Assembly: GCF_902713615.1 (NCBI RefSeq)
Contig: NC_052154.1
Span: 80,517,072-80,581,071, forward strand
Length of the DNA stretch: 64,000 nucleotides
Origin: Scyliorhinus canicula
Taxonomy: Eukaryota
Direction: 5' to 3'
The translations under genes were made by a program, and so were the position numbers. Within the stretch, counting starts at the first letter, position 1; each line of letters opens with the position of its first letter. The notes under the pieces are model-generated. The model searched no databases, had not been told where the DNA came from, and saw only the letters and a list, made by a program, of their open reading frames with translations. Shown piece by piece: positions 47,580-59,199 of this stretch.

Positions 47580-49070
47580 ATTGGCTGGATTTTCTGTCAG
47601 TTCACGACTGGATTGGGAAACTCGATTGGGTGGAGAATCGGTTCTCATGCCGAAATCGTGGCGGCTGCCGATTTCACACCAAATCACAATTCTCCATTGC
47701 CTCAACAGTAGTGTCAATGCGTTCTAGATTGCACATAAAGTAAACACCGTTGGAATATCATTAGCAGGCCCGACCCGGGATTCTCCAGGGCCTCCGCAAT
47801 TCTCCGTCTCCAATGGGCCAAATTCCCGACAGTGAGGTTCACTTGTGCTTTTAAAAATCATGAAACTAGTGTCGTGGCTGATGAGGGAGGGAGAGGATAT
47901 AGGACACAGAAGCATGCCCATGGGCTGCTGGCCGGACACTGGCCTGGCTTGCTGGGGTGGGGGGTCCCTGCCAGGAGTGGGGGAGGGTGACAGGGGAACA
48001 GACCAAGATAGCCCCCATGGGACACTGGGGCAGTGTCCAGGCACAGACCGCCATTGCCGCAGCCATCTTGCTGCGCACCCCACTGACTACCCACCTTAGA
48101 CACTGGTTCTGCAAAGTGACACTGGCCATATGGGTGACCCCAGCCCCCCACCCCCCCTCTACACTAGCCTCTGCCATATCACAACCCCCCCGGCTGCCAC
48201 CTGCTGGTGGGGCATCACATAGCCCAACCGAGTACAATGCCCACATTAGCCCCTACAGAGATGGTGGGCAGGGGCCGCAGAGTGTACTGCTGGCAAAGGC
48301 AGCACCAGCCAATGGTACCCCTGACAACTCAGATGGGCACCAGTGCCAGACGCCCCCCATGGTGCTGGGCACCGATAGTGCCATGGGTGAGGGAATGGGC
48401 GGACATGCGTGGGCAGGGTCTGCGTGCCAACCAGGGCCACTGTGCGGCTCACTGGACCTGGCTGGGCATGGGAGTCAACACCATGCTAATATGTAGGCCT
48501 TTCCCCCCCTGCACACAATGGATATTGGCATTCAACAGCAATGGTGGCCTTCCTGCTAGTCACTGCAGCCCTGGGGGATGCACTGCTGCTGTACAAGCTG
48601 AAGCAACTCGAGGAGAAGAAAGCAATGAAGGGCACAGCAGTGGAGCATGCAGCAGCAGGACAGGAGGCAACCGATCAGGATGGAAAGCCGGCCGCCAAAC
48701 AGGCCAAGGAGAAGGAGGATCCAAGGAGGCGCCCCATGATGCCTGCATGTCCCAGCAGCGCCTGTCGTCCGAGGAACTTCTGGACCGGGCATGGTGTTGC
48801 AGACTCTGGCTGAGCAGAGAAACAGTGACATATCTGCCAGATCACGGTGCACCCGGCACTGTGGGGGAATAGGGGAGGGCACCTGCTACTGGTGGCCTTC
48901 AAGGTGATGGTCGCCCTGAACCTTTAAGACAAGGGCTCCTTCCAGGCGTTGAGTGGGGAACTGTCTGGGAATCTCTCAGAGCACGGTGCACAGGGGTATC
49001 CATGCCATCACATCCATTTCCACATCCTGTTGCTGGGCAGATCCATGGCAACCATTTGCCTTCTTTACTG
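47580..49070 (+). mobile_element. PIF/Harbinger relic with the transposase N-terminal part
   Basis: Frameshifted ...QQRLSSEELLDRAWCCRLWLSRETVTY...KVMVALNL...GSFQALSGELSGISQSTVHRGIHAIT. Terminal segment homologous to 28850-29090. Confidence 0.75.
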
Positions 49071-52000
49071 CCTGTCGCACCTGCATGCTTATATTCAGTG
49101 ACTGATGTACAAGGACAATCATGTCTTGTTGCACATTCCTCTCTCTCAATTTATAGCCATTCAGAAAGTAACCTGCCTTCCTGTTTTTGGTAATGAAGTT
49201 GATAATGTCACCGTTATCAACATTATATTGCATCTGCCATGCATTTGCCCACTCTCTCAGATTGTCCAAATTGCATTGAAACATTGCTGCATCCTCCTTA
49301 CAGCTCACCTTCCCACCCAGCTTCATGTCATCTGCAAATTTGGATATATTACATTTAGTTCTCTCGTCTAAATCATTAACATGTATTGTGAATAGCTGGG
49401 GTTTCACCACCGATCCCTGCGGTACCCCACTAGTCACTGCCTGCCATTTGGAAAAACACCCATTTATTCCTAATCTTTGTTTCTTGTCTGCCAACCAGTT
49501 TTCTATCCATTTCAAGACACTACCACCATCCTAAGCACTTGAATTTTGCACACTAATCTCTTACGTGGGATTTTGTCAAAAGCCTTCTTAAAGTCCAAAT
49601 AAACCACACCACTGGCTCCTCTTCATCAACTCTACTAGTTAGATCCTCAAAGAATTTGAGTAGATTTGGCAAGCATGATTTTCCTTTCATATATCCATGC
49701 TGACTCTGTCCGATTCTGACAGTGTTTTCCAAGTGCTCTGTTATGAAATCTTTTATAATGTACTCTAGAAATTTCTCACTACCGAAGTCAATCTGACTGC
49801 TCTATAATGTCTTGTCACCTCTACCTCCCTTTTAAATAGTGGTGTTACATTAGCTACCCTCCAATCTGTAGGAGCTGTTCCCAGAATCTATGGAATCTTG
49901 GAAGATGACCACTAAAGCATCCACTATTTCTAGGGCCACTTCCATAAGTGCTCTGCGATGTAGACTATTGGGCCCTGGGGATTTATCAGCCTTTAATCTC
50001 ATTAATTTCCCCAGCATCATTTCTCTACAAACACTGATTTCTCTCAGATCCTCCCCCTCTTACTAAATCCTGGTTTCCCCTTCATTTCTGGTATGTTATT
50101 TGTGTCTTCCATTGCGAAAACAGGGCCAAAGTATGTATTAAGTTGATCTGTCATTTTTTTGTTCTCCATTACAAATTTCCTGTTTCTTACCAAAAGGTAC
50201 CTACCTACATTTGTCTTCACCAATCTTTTTATCTTCATGTACCTATAAAAACTTTTATAGTCAGTTTTTATGTTCCCCACATGCTTACTCTCATGCTCTT
50301 TTCCCCTTCTTAATAAATCCCATGGTTCTCCATTGCTGAATTCTAAACTACCTCCAATCCTCAGGTCTGTGTTTTTCTGGCCAGTGTGTATGCCTCTTTC
50401 TTGGCCTAATACTAACTCCAATTTCCCTTGAATGCCATGGTTTAACCACCTTTCCCGTTTTCCTTTTATGCCAGACAGGAATAAATAATTATTGCAGTTC
50501 GCCCATGTGCTCTTTGAATGTTTGCCATTACCTATACACCATCATCCCTTTAAGCAACCTTTCCCAATCCATCATAGCCAACTCACATCTCATGCCATCA
50601 TAGTTTCTTTTCTTAAGATTCAGGACCCTAGTCTCAGAATCAACTACGCCACTCTCCATCTTGATGAAGAATGTTATCATATTATGTTTGCTCATACCCA
50701 AGAGGTCTCACACAACTAGATTGTTGATTATTCTTTTCACATTAGACAATATCCAGCTAGGATGGCCTGTTCTATAGTTGGTTCCTCAATGTATTGTGTA
50801 TTGGCCCAGGAAAACTTCACCCGAAGCCAGTGTCTATGTATTTACATTGTAAACCGAGTGTTGCCCTGTTATGTATTTTCTTTTTATTTTATTTTTTCTC
50901 ATGTACTAGATGATCTGTTTGAGCTGCTTGCAGAAAAATACTTTTCACTGTACCTTGGTACACGTGACAATAAACAAATCCATTGAAAACCATCCTGTAT
51001 ACATTCCATGAATTTCTCCTCTATAGTATTGCTACTAATTTGATTTGCCCAATCTATATGCAGATTAAAGTCACCCATAATTACAGATGTTACTTTATTA
51101 CATGCATCTTTAATTTCCTGTTTAATGACATTCCCAACATCACCACTACAGTTTGGGGGTCTATATGCAATCCCCACTAATGTTTCTTGGCCCTATCTGC
51201 AACACCCATAGGTTCACACCAGCACTGACTGACGCCACCTTCAAAAGGTGGAGGCAGGACGGAGGGACACTGACAGTCAGGGACCTATACACGGACGGCA
51301 GGATCGCAACACTGGACGAACTGACAGAGAAATTTCGGCTAGCCAGGGGAACGAGCTACGGTATCTGCAGCTCAAAAAATTCTTACGAAAGGAGACAAGG
51401 ACGTACCCACAACCACCACGACAGACACTACTGGAAGACCTACTGGATGCAGGTATCCTAGATAAAGGGAACTGTAGCGACATGTATGACCGACTGGTAG
51501 ATAGGGCCGACACCGTACTGGACGCAACAAGAAAGAAATGGGAGGATGACCTGGGGATTGAGATAGGGTGGGGACTCTGGAGCGAAGCACTGCATAGGGT
51601 CAACTCCACCTCCACGTGCGCAAGGCTCAGCCTGACGCAACTAAAAGTGGTACATAGAGCCCACTTAACAAGAAACTGTATGAGTAGGTTCTTCCCGGAG
51701 GTGGAGGACAGATGTGAACGGTGCCAAAGAGGCCCGGCCAACCACGCCCACATGTTCTGGTCTTGCCCCAGACTTGTGGAGTACTGGATAGCCTTCTTCG
51801 AGGCTATGTCCAAAGTGGTGGGGGTGAGGGTGGAGCCATGCCCAATAGTGGCGGTCTTCGGGGTTTCAGACCAGCCAGATCTATTCCTGGGGAGGAGGAC
51901 GGACACCCTTGCCTTTGGCTCCCTGATCGCCTGCCGTAGAATCCTGTTTGGCTGGCGGTCAGCAGCACCGCCCAGAGCTGCAGACTGGCTGGCCGACCTC

Positions 52001-52860
52001 TCGGAATCTCTCCAAGTGGAGAAAATCAAATTCGCCATCCGAGGGTCAGACGACGGCTTCCACAGAACATGGGAGCCATTCATGCAATTGTTCTGGGACC
52101 TGTTTGTGGCCAACGAACAAGAGGAAGAAATAGTCGGGCGGCCAAGAATCAGGGAAAAATGGATGGGAATCGGGGGAAGGTAGCCGGGGGGGGGGGGGGG
52201 GGGGGAGGGGGGGGGGGGGGGGGGGCTACGGGTTCGTTATGGGGGTTTGTTCTCATGGTTTTATGCTTATTTATTTTTCTTGTTAATTTATTGTTTTTGT
52301 ATTCGAGTGGAGGGGTTACTGTTTTTCTCTGTTGTGATAAAATTGTTGTTGAAAACTTGAAAAAAAATTATTCCAAAAAAAAAGGAAGGACAAAGCCGCA
52401 AGCGCCAGTCTGATGGCAAGCTAAGGCCCAAAACCAAATTGTAAATAAATACCGAGAAACATGTGCCTCGGCCATATTGGGGAATGTAAAATATGTATGC
52501 CGGTTAAAGGGGGTGGCCACAGTTGTTATTATGAAGATGCTTGCCTGTAAATATACATGTTAATTTTTGCGCGTTTTTTTCTAATAATTTGTAATTTGTT
52601 GGATATAAAATATGAAAACTCAATAAAAGACATTTCCAAAAAAAAATGTTTCTTGGCCCTGAGCATTTTTCAGCTCTATTCATGTCGATTCCATATCATT
52701 GGAGCTGATACCCTTCCTCATTATTATGTTAATTTCCTCTTTGAGCAGCAATGCAACTCCACCACCTTTTCTTTTTTGTCTGTCCATCCTAAATACTGAA
52801 GAGCCTTGGATGTTCAGTTCCCATCCCTGGTTACCCTACAGCTATGTCTCCACAATTCTG
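49070..52860 (-). mobile_element. Decayed CR1 LINE (EN/RT), interrupted by an L1 insertion
   Basis: WQAVTSGVPQGSV...NISKFADDMKLGG, YKSFYRYMKIKRLVKTNVG and SVIMGDFNLHIDW motifs. Sequence resumes after the TSD at 52661. Confidence 0.85.
51195..52644 (+). mobile_element. Tx1/L1-clade LINE 3' fragment with 16-bp TSD
   Basis: TSD AATGTTTCTTGGCCCT at 51179-51194 and 52645-52660. ORF 51248-52183 contains CERC..HMFWSCP; poly-A end. Confidence 0.92.
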
Positions 52861-53229
52861 CCTATATCACACCCATGATATGATATAGGTCTCTTTTTAA
52901 TTTTCTCTACACTAAGGTTCTATATTTCCTGTTTCTGTAATCTCTCCTAAGGCCTCTCATCCCCTGTATCATCCTAGCAAACCTCCTCTACACCCTCTCC
53001 TGCCTAAAATGTGGTCCCAAAATTTTACTCATTAATCAAGCCATTGCCTAATCAATGATTCATAAAGGCGTTGTATGATTTCCTTGTCCTTTTTTAAATT
53101 TAACGCTCTTATATACAAACTAAATATCCCATATGTGTTCTTAATCACCATATCAACTTGGCTTGTCACCATAATAGATTTCTGAATATGCACCCCCACT
53201 TCCCTAAGCAATTTACTCTCCTAGTTCCT

Positions 53230-53520
53230 GGGTTATTCAAAAAAGGTGCAAAGCTTGAGCATATCCCTTTTGCTTGCAGCTAATGACTTCCTGCATGTGA
53301 ATGTATTTTGCTTCTAGCGGCCATAATAAATAAGCCATGTTATGAACTTGAGTGATTATCTTAAATTGGTTGTAAGTGTAGCTATTAGTGCATTCATGAT
53401 TATTAAGCAAGTGATGCCCAATCACAGAATCACACCTTCTTGCTTTTTTCCTGGCAATGCCTCCACCAATCAGGATCAAAGTGCTAATCAATTAGCACCC
53501 TTTTCTTCTGTTGAAATTTG
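53230..53520 (-). mobile_element. Penelope-like element, GIY-YIG C-terminal fragment
   Basis: DSVIGHHLLNNHEC...FKII...LEAKYIH...CKQK resembles the SAIxxHL...F.I....LE..YI pattern of Penelope endonucleases. Confidence 0.7.
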
Positions 53521-54453
53521 GTATTCATGTGTTTGCCCTGAAGGCAAGATCAAACATTTTTGCAACATATCTCACTTCTGCAATTTTCTGATGCTATTGT
53601 TAAGAGCAGTAGCAAAGGAAAAATCATTAAAATTTCAATAAAAATATTTTTAAAAAAGCAAAGGACAAATATCAATGCAGGTATCTGTAGTCCCGTTTCT
53701 ACCACTGGGAATGCACCATCTCATCGCTCGGTGTCTGAATAAGGAATGGGGCAGTTGCCATTGGCCTGGTTATTAGTGATCGCCAACTCTGCCTGCACTG
53801 CCCCAGTAGGGCCTTTAGGTGGCACTAAAATCAAAGCAGAAGACTGTAGATGCTGGAATCGGAAAGAAAAACAGAGAATTCCTGAAAATCTCAGCAGGTT
53901 CTGCAGCATCCATAGGGAGAGAAAACAGAACTAACATTCGGAGTGCATTTGACTCTTCTTCAGGACTAAACGAGAGGGAAAATATGTTGGATATTATACT
54001 ATATAAGAGGGCTGTAACTCCTGGAACAGTGATTCGTGGGAGCTGGGAGAATTTGTAACAGATGTAGCAAACTTAAGAACAAGAGACAGATGGCCCAGAG
54101 GGGGCTTGGTGGGGTTGGGGAGGTAGGGGTGAGGAAGGCTATTTGTATTGAGACATAAAATGATGGAGACAAAAAAGTGGATTAAGATGGAGGAGAAAGG
54201 TCACAGTCTAAAGTTGGGCCCATTGTTCCTCCGGGATCAGGGCCACAGATGGCAGAGTCTCAGAGAAGACACTACTGGCCAAGGGTATTCCGATGCCAAA
54301 CTTCCTCCCTCCTGATGTCAGAGTTCCAGTGCAGGAGAAGACTACATCTGTTCCTGGGGATGGTAGGCCACCTGTGACAGATGATGCAAAAGTTGGTACC
54401 ATATCAACTGGGAGGTCACCCTTTGCCTGTGCCCTTAAAGGTACTCCCACTCT

Positions 54454-54680
54454 TTTTAATAAAATTTAGAGTACCCAATTATTTTTTTTTCCAATTAAGG
54501 GGCAATTTAGCATGGCCAATCCACCTAACCTGCACATCTTTGGTTTGTGGGGGTGAAACCCATGCAGACATGGGGATAATGTGCAAACCCCACACGGATA
54601 GTGACCCAGGGCTGGGATTTGAATCCGGGTCCTCATCGCTGCAGTCCCAGTACTAACCACTGTGCCACATGCCGCCCTGG
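54454..54680 (-). mobile_element. HE1-type V-SINE with 14-bp TSD
   Basis: TSD GGTACTCCCACTCT at 54440-54453 and 54681-54694. Confidence 0.9.
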
Positions 54681-54847
54681 GGTACTCCCACTCTGAACAT
54701 CTATGCCAGTTGCTCCTTTCAGGACAGCACGTGTGACCTGTGCGCCATAATCCAGTCAACCGAGAACAAGTGCATAATGGAGTTCATATATGCACTATTA
54801 GGGTGGGCCCACATGTCATAAACGTGGACCAGGACCACGTGGACCAG

Positions 54848-54965
54848 GATGCCAGGGTCATGGGCTTTGCCCTCATAGCAGGCATGGCTCAGGTAATGGG
54901 CTTCGCCCTCTTAGCAGGTATGGCCCAGGTCATGGACTTCGCCCTCATAGCAGGCATGGCCCAGG
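54848..54965. repeat. 36-bp tandem repeat x3
   Basis: Unit CAGGTCATGGGCTTCGCCCTCATAGCAGGCATGGCC, read as VMGFALIAGMAQ x3 on the plus strand. Confidence 0.85.
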
Positions 54966-55009
54966 CGCAGGGTATCACCCACTGCATCCACATGGCCTGT
55001 AGTCTCCAC

Positions 55010-56610
55010 AGAACATGGGGTGTCATTTATGCACCTCAAGCGATTCCCTCAATGTCCAGCTTGTCATCATGCAGGTGTGTGACTATTTCCCAGGGAGTGT
55101 CCATGATAGTTACATGTTGGAGTGCTCGCAGATCCGAGCCATCTTTGCAGGAGAGCAGCGGCTGGAGGGATGGCTTCTTGAGGACAAGGGTACCTATCCT
55201 TTTGGAAGTGGCTGATTGAGACTGCCTGCAATGAGGCTCATGCGTCAATGCGCATGCTGGTCGAGCAGGCGATTGGATTGCTCAAGATGTGGTTCCTTCC
55301 AGTGCCTTGACCAGTGCGGGGAAGCCCTCCAATCCAGCCCCCAGAGGGCATTCCGCATCATTGTGCCCTGCTGTGTTCTGCACAACTTGGTACTGCAGAG
55401 GGGAGAGCAACTGGACCAGGAGGAGATGGAGGAGCACCACATCTCCTCGGGTGGGAAGGAGGTTGAGGAGGGTAGTGAGGGTCAACATGCAGAGGAGGGA
55501 GAAAGGCCTCTAATGATGATTAGGGCCCACATGGGGCAAAGGACTAGGGATGCCCACATAGTATCTTGGTTTGTGGATGACCAGAACTAGGGAGTCAAGA
55601 ACTCTCCCACCATGGGGGTCTGCCACCAACTCACTAATATGGTGCTTGCGGGAGGTCTTGTGATGGTTGCGACATTCATGTGCAGGACACCAATGCCATT
55701 GTCTGCATGCTGCAAGAGAAGGATGATGACTTGCATTGAGTGATGTTCCTCTCATCCTCAGCGATATGCCTGACTCCTGCCTGACAGAGTTGAATGCATC
55801 CTGCCAATGAATGGGTGATCAGAAAAGCTACATGGCAAGTCTTAGCTACTACTATTTCCTCTGAGGTCAGGGGTCCTGGTGTTTTTCTCCACCTTACATA
55901 CAAGGTAGACACTCTCTCAACACTTTGTCAGCCTCATCACTGAAGAAGTGTGGCAGTGATGAAAGGTATGATGTTGTCAGGATGCAGGAGAGTCGTACCT
56001 TCCATGAATGGGAGGGTTGTCTTTACTGCGTCTTTGGTGTAGATGGAAGGGACATACCACTGTGTTTCTCATAGTCTACAGATATGAAGCGCTGAGTGTG
56101 TGCAAGGGGTTTTCAGAGCTTGGAGCCATGACATGAAAGCATGCAAAGGCAGAGACAGGAAAGGGGATTGGCACTCCCAAACATGATGCGCTACCATTGG
56201 GCAACGAATGTGGAGAAGATGAGGCATTGATGGTGGGAAGGGGCAGAGTGGATCGGGTTGGAGGAGGAGTCCTGTAAGGGCTCATGTTTGAGGGCCCTGG
56301 TGATGGCACCGTTACCGTTGACTCCGAGGAAGTATACGGTGAGTCCAGTGGTGAAGACGACTATTAAGATTTGGAATCAGCTGAGGAGGCACTTTAAATA
56401 GGGTCAAATGTTGGCGTTGACGCTACTGTGTTTGAATCATGGGCTGGATTCCCTGCTGGCAGACTGCTCCGTTTTGCTGGTAACCCGGGGGTTTCCCGAC
56501 AGCATGCGGCTGCTCCACAATGGGAAACCCCATTGACCAGCCAGCGAAACGGAGCATCCCGCCGGCGTGCTGAACCCCAGAAATCTGACGCGGTGGGACG
56601 GATAAACCCG
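55010..56610 (+). mobile_element. PIF/Harbinger relic, transposase C-terminal part and 3' region
   Basis: [23 protein letters not shown] and RIIVPCCVLHNL motifs of HARBI1-type DDE transposases. Confidence 0.75.
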
Positions 56611-57520
56611 TCCCATATGTTTACGCCCATGGAGGATGGATTGGATGTACAGGTGGTGGAGGGAGGAGGGATTGGAGCGGGTCAAGGATTGTTCTCAGAG
56701 GGGAAGTTTGCTGGGTTTGATGAACTGTGGTAGAGGCAAGAGGGGGAGTGAGCTTTTGTACTGGCAGGTCTGGGACTTTGCGCGAAAGGGGCTACTTATG
56801 TTCCCCCAACTACAGGAGTACACACAACTGGAGAAAATGTTGCTGCCAGATGAGGGCAGGATCGGGGACATATATGGGTGGTTGGGAGAGCGGGGCAAGG
56901 CGTTAGTGGAAAGGATTAAGCGGACGTGGGAGGAGGAATTGGGGAGGGAGATAGGATGGGGACTCTGGTATAAGGCGATGCAGCAACTGAACTCAACCTC
57001 CTACTGTGCTAGAATGCGCTTGATTCAGTTTAAAGTGGTGCACAGGGTACACATGACTCGGGCTCGGGTGAGTCGGTTCTTTCCGGGGTAACCGATGGAT
57101 GCGAGAAGTGTGGACGGGGGCTGGTGAATCATGTTCACAAGTTTTGAGGATGCGAGAGGTTGGAGAGCTATTGGGAGGTGGGTTTGGGATCCTATCGATG
57201 GTAGTGGGGGCCGAGGTGAAGCTAGACCCCATGGTGGCGATGTTTGGGGTTTTGGAGGTGCAGGAGCTGCTGGGGGGTAGGGGACCAATGTCATGACCTT
57301 CACCTCTCTGATTACCCAGCAACGGATTGTTTTGAACTGGAGGTCAGATACGCCATCGGGGTTGTGGCTTGGCTGGTAGACTAGTACAGGTTTCTCTAGG
57401 GGAGGAGAGAAGGGATTAAAAGGGGAAAAATGTACACACTGTTAACTTTGCTTTGTTGGGATGTTGTTTTGTTGTTATTGTTTATGTTTGAAATAAAACA
57501 GCTTCAAGAAAAATAACATT
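56610..57520 (+). mobile_element. Tx1/L1-clade LINE 3' fragment (decayed)
   Basis: NSTSYCARMRLIQFKVVHRVHMTRARVSRFFP matches the other copies; A-rich tail. Confidence 0.85.
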
Positions 57521-57779
57521 ACAGCATGGAGGATCTGTATGGGGTGAACAAAGTGATGTTTAATACAAGAGTGATATTACAATAATGAAAATGAAATGAA
57601 ATGAAAATCGCTTATTGTCACGAGTAGGCTTCAATGAAGTTACTGTGAAAAGCCCCTAGTCGCCACATTCTGGCACCTGTCCGGGGAGGCTGATACGGGA
57701 ATCGAACCGTGCTGCTGGCCTGCTTGGTTTGCTTTAAAAGCCAGCGATTTAGCCCAGTGAGCTAAATCAGCCCCATAGT

Positions 57780-58080
57780 GACTATCTCTCTATTAAAGCC
57801 TAGGTTCACCCACCTAATGAGTTTATTAAGTCTTTACCGGTCCAGATGGAGCGACTGGAGAGAAGGATAATCACAGGTTAAAGAGGTGTGTATTGTCTCA
57901 AGCCAGGACAGTTGGTAGGATTTTGCAAGCTCAGGCCAGATGGTGGGGGGAGAATGTAACGCGACATAAATCCAAGGCCCCAGTTGAGGCCGTACTCATG
58001 TGTGCGGAACTTTGCTATCAGTTTCTGCTCCGTCTGGACCTGTAAAGACTTAATTACCTGCACAGACTCGCATTGAAAGT
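57780..58080 (-). mobile_element. Penelope-like 3' fragment
   Basis: EQKLIAKFRTHEYGLNWGLGFMSRY resembles the GIY-YIG terminal motif E..LI..F.T...GLN. Confidence 0.7.
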
Positions 58081-58234
58081 ATCATCTTGCATCATTGACT
58101 TTTCCTTTATATGTCTTTCTGTAATTCACTGAAGGAGCTGTGCTCCAAGAGTGATTTGAAAGAAACCTGTTGGACTTTAACCTGGTGTTGTAAAACTTCT
58201 TCCTGTGCCCACCCCAGTCCAATGCTGGCATCTC

Positions 58235-58495
58235 CACATCATGTGTGGAGTTTGCTCTTTCTCGGTGTGTCCGCGTAGGTTTCCTCAGGTGCTCTGGTTT
58301 CCTCCCAGAGTCCAAAGATGTGCAGGTTATGTGGATTGGACATGCTAAATTGCCCATCAGTGTCCAAAATGGTGTGGTCACTTGGATAGGGTGGGGGAAG
58401 GGTCTGAGGAAGGGTGCTTTTTCAGAGGGTCGGTGCAGACTGGATAGACCAAATGGCCTCCTTCTGCACAGTAGGGATTCTCTGCTATGATTCCG
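58235..58495 (+). mobile_element. HE1-type V-SINE, 5'-truncated
   Basis: V core and tail (CTGTAGGGATTCTATG-like end). Confidence 0.8.
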
Positions 58496-58551
58496 CCCAT
58501 TCACTGTTTTCTTTCCCTCCGGATGCTGCCGGACCTGCTGAGTTTTCCCGG

Positions 58552-58920
58552 CTGTTAGGTGGCGCTGTTGCGGGAGGCGATGATTCCGTTGGTGGGCAGG
58601 CTGTTGCCGGGAGACGTAGTCCCTGGTGAGGCAGCAGCTGGCGGTGACACTGGATTTGAAGCAGTTGCTCCCGGGTCGCGATGAGCTCCAAGAGGTTACG
58701 GAGTGATCCGGAGAGTCGGGTTGGTGGGAAGAGACAGCTAAAGCATCAGGAGCTTGCGGAACTCAACCCGCTGCTGCTGGAAGTGAAGGAGCGAGTGAGC
58801 GAAGCCTGGAGCCGGGGGCTCGAGTACTCACATGGTGAGGGCCAGTCAGAGATATGGGGCTGGGAGAAGCTCTCAGAAGATTGGGAAGCGGCCAGTCCGA
58901 TAATCCAAGGCCGGAGAAAT
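58552..58920 (+). promoter_or_regulatory. CpG-rich island around OGFOD1 exon 1
   Basis: Visibly GC- and CpG-rich non-repeat DNA spanning the 5' UTR and first coding exon. Confidence 0.6.
58681..58834 (+). CDS. OGFOD1: OGFOD1 first coding exon
   Basis: MSSKRLRSDPESRVGGKRQLKHQELAELNPLLLEVKERVSEAWSRGLEYSH, then G|gtgagg. It aligns to human MNGKRPAEPGPARVGKK...KKQVAEAWSRRTPFSH. 154 coding nt, phase 1, the same size as I recall for human exon 1. Confidence 0.88.
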
Positions 58921-59199
58921 TATTCCAGTGCCAGTTGAGATCAGTGGGAATGCACTGAGTTCAGTGGCCACTAAACTGTCAGCATTAGCAAATTATACAC
59001 CTCTGAAATTAATGGCAATTTTTGAAGTCCGTATGTGTGCAGTTAGAGGTGGAAACTCAGTGATTCCATGCTGCCCCATGGATGTGTTTTCGACTGTAAT
59101 CAATTAGAAATCACTGAATTGACAGATTGGCAGTTTTAAGTGATTCATCTTGCTGTAAAAATCTTTTAAAAAGTTACTATGTCTTGTTGAATGATGTGT

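Noticed and set aside
54848-54965. 36-bp repeats as a CRISPR-like array
   Set aside because: The units are contiguous with no unique spacers and lie in eukaryotic transposon DNA. This is an ordinary minisatellite.
58500-58680. Expected head-to-head NUDT21 first exon upstream of OGFOD1
   Set aside because: No matching minus-strand coding sequence; the region runs into repeats.
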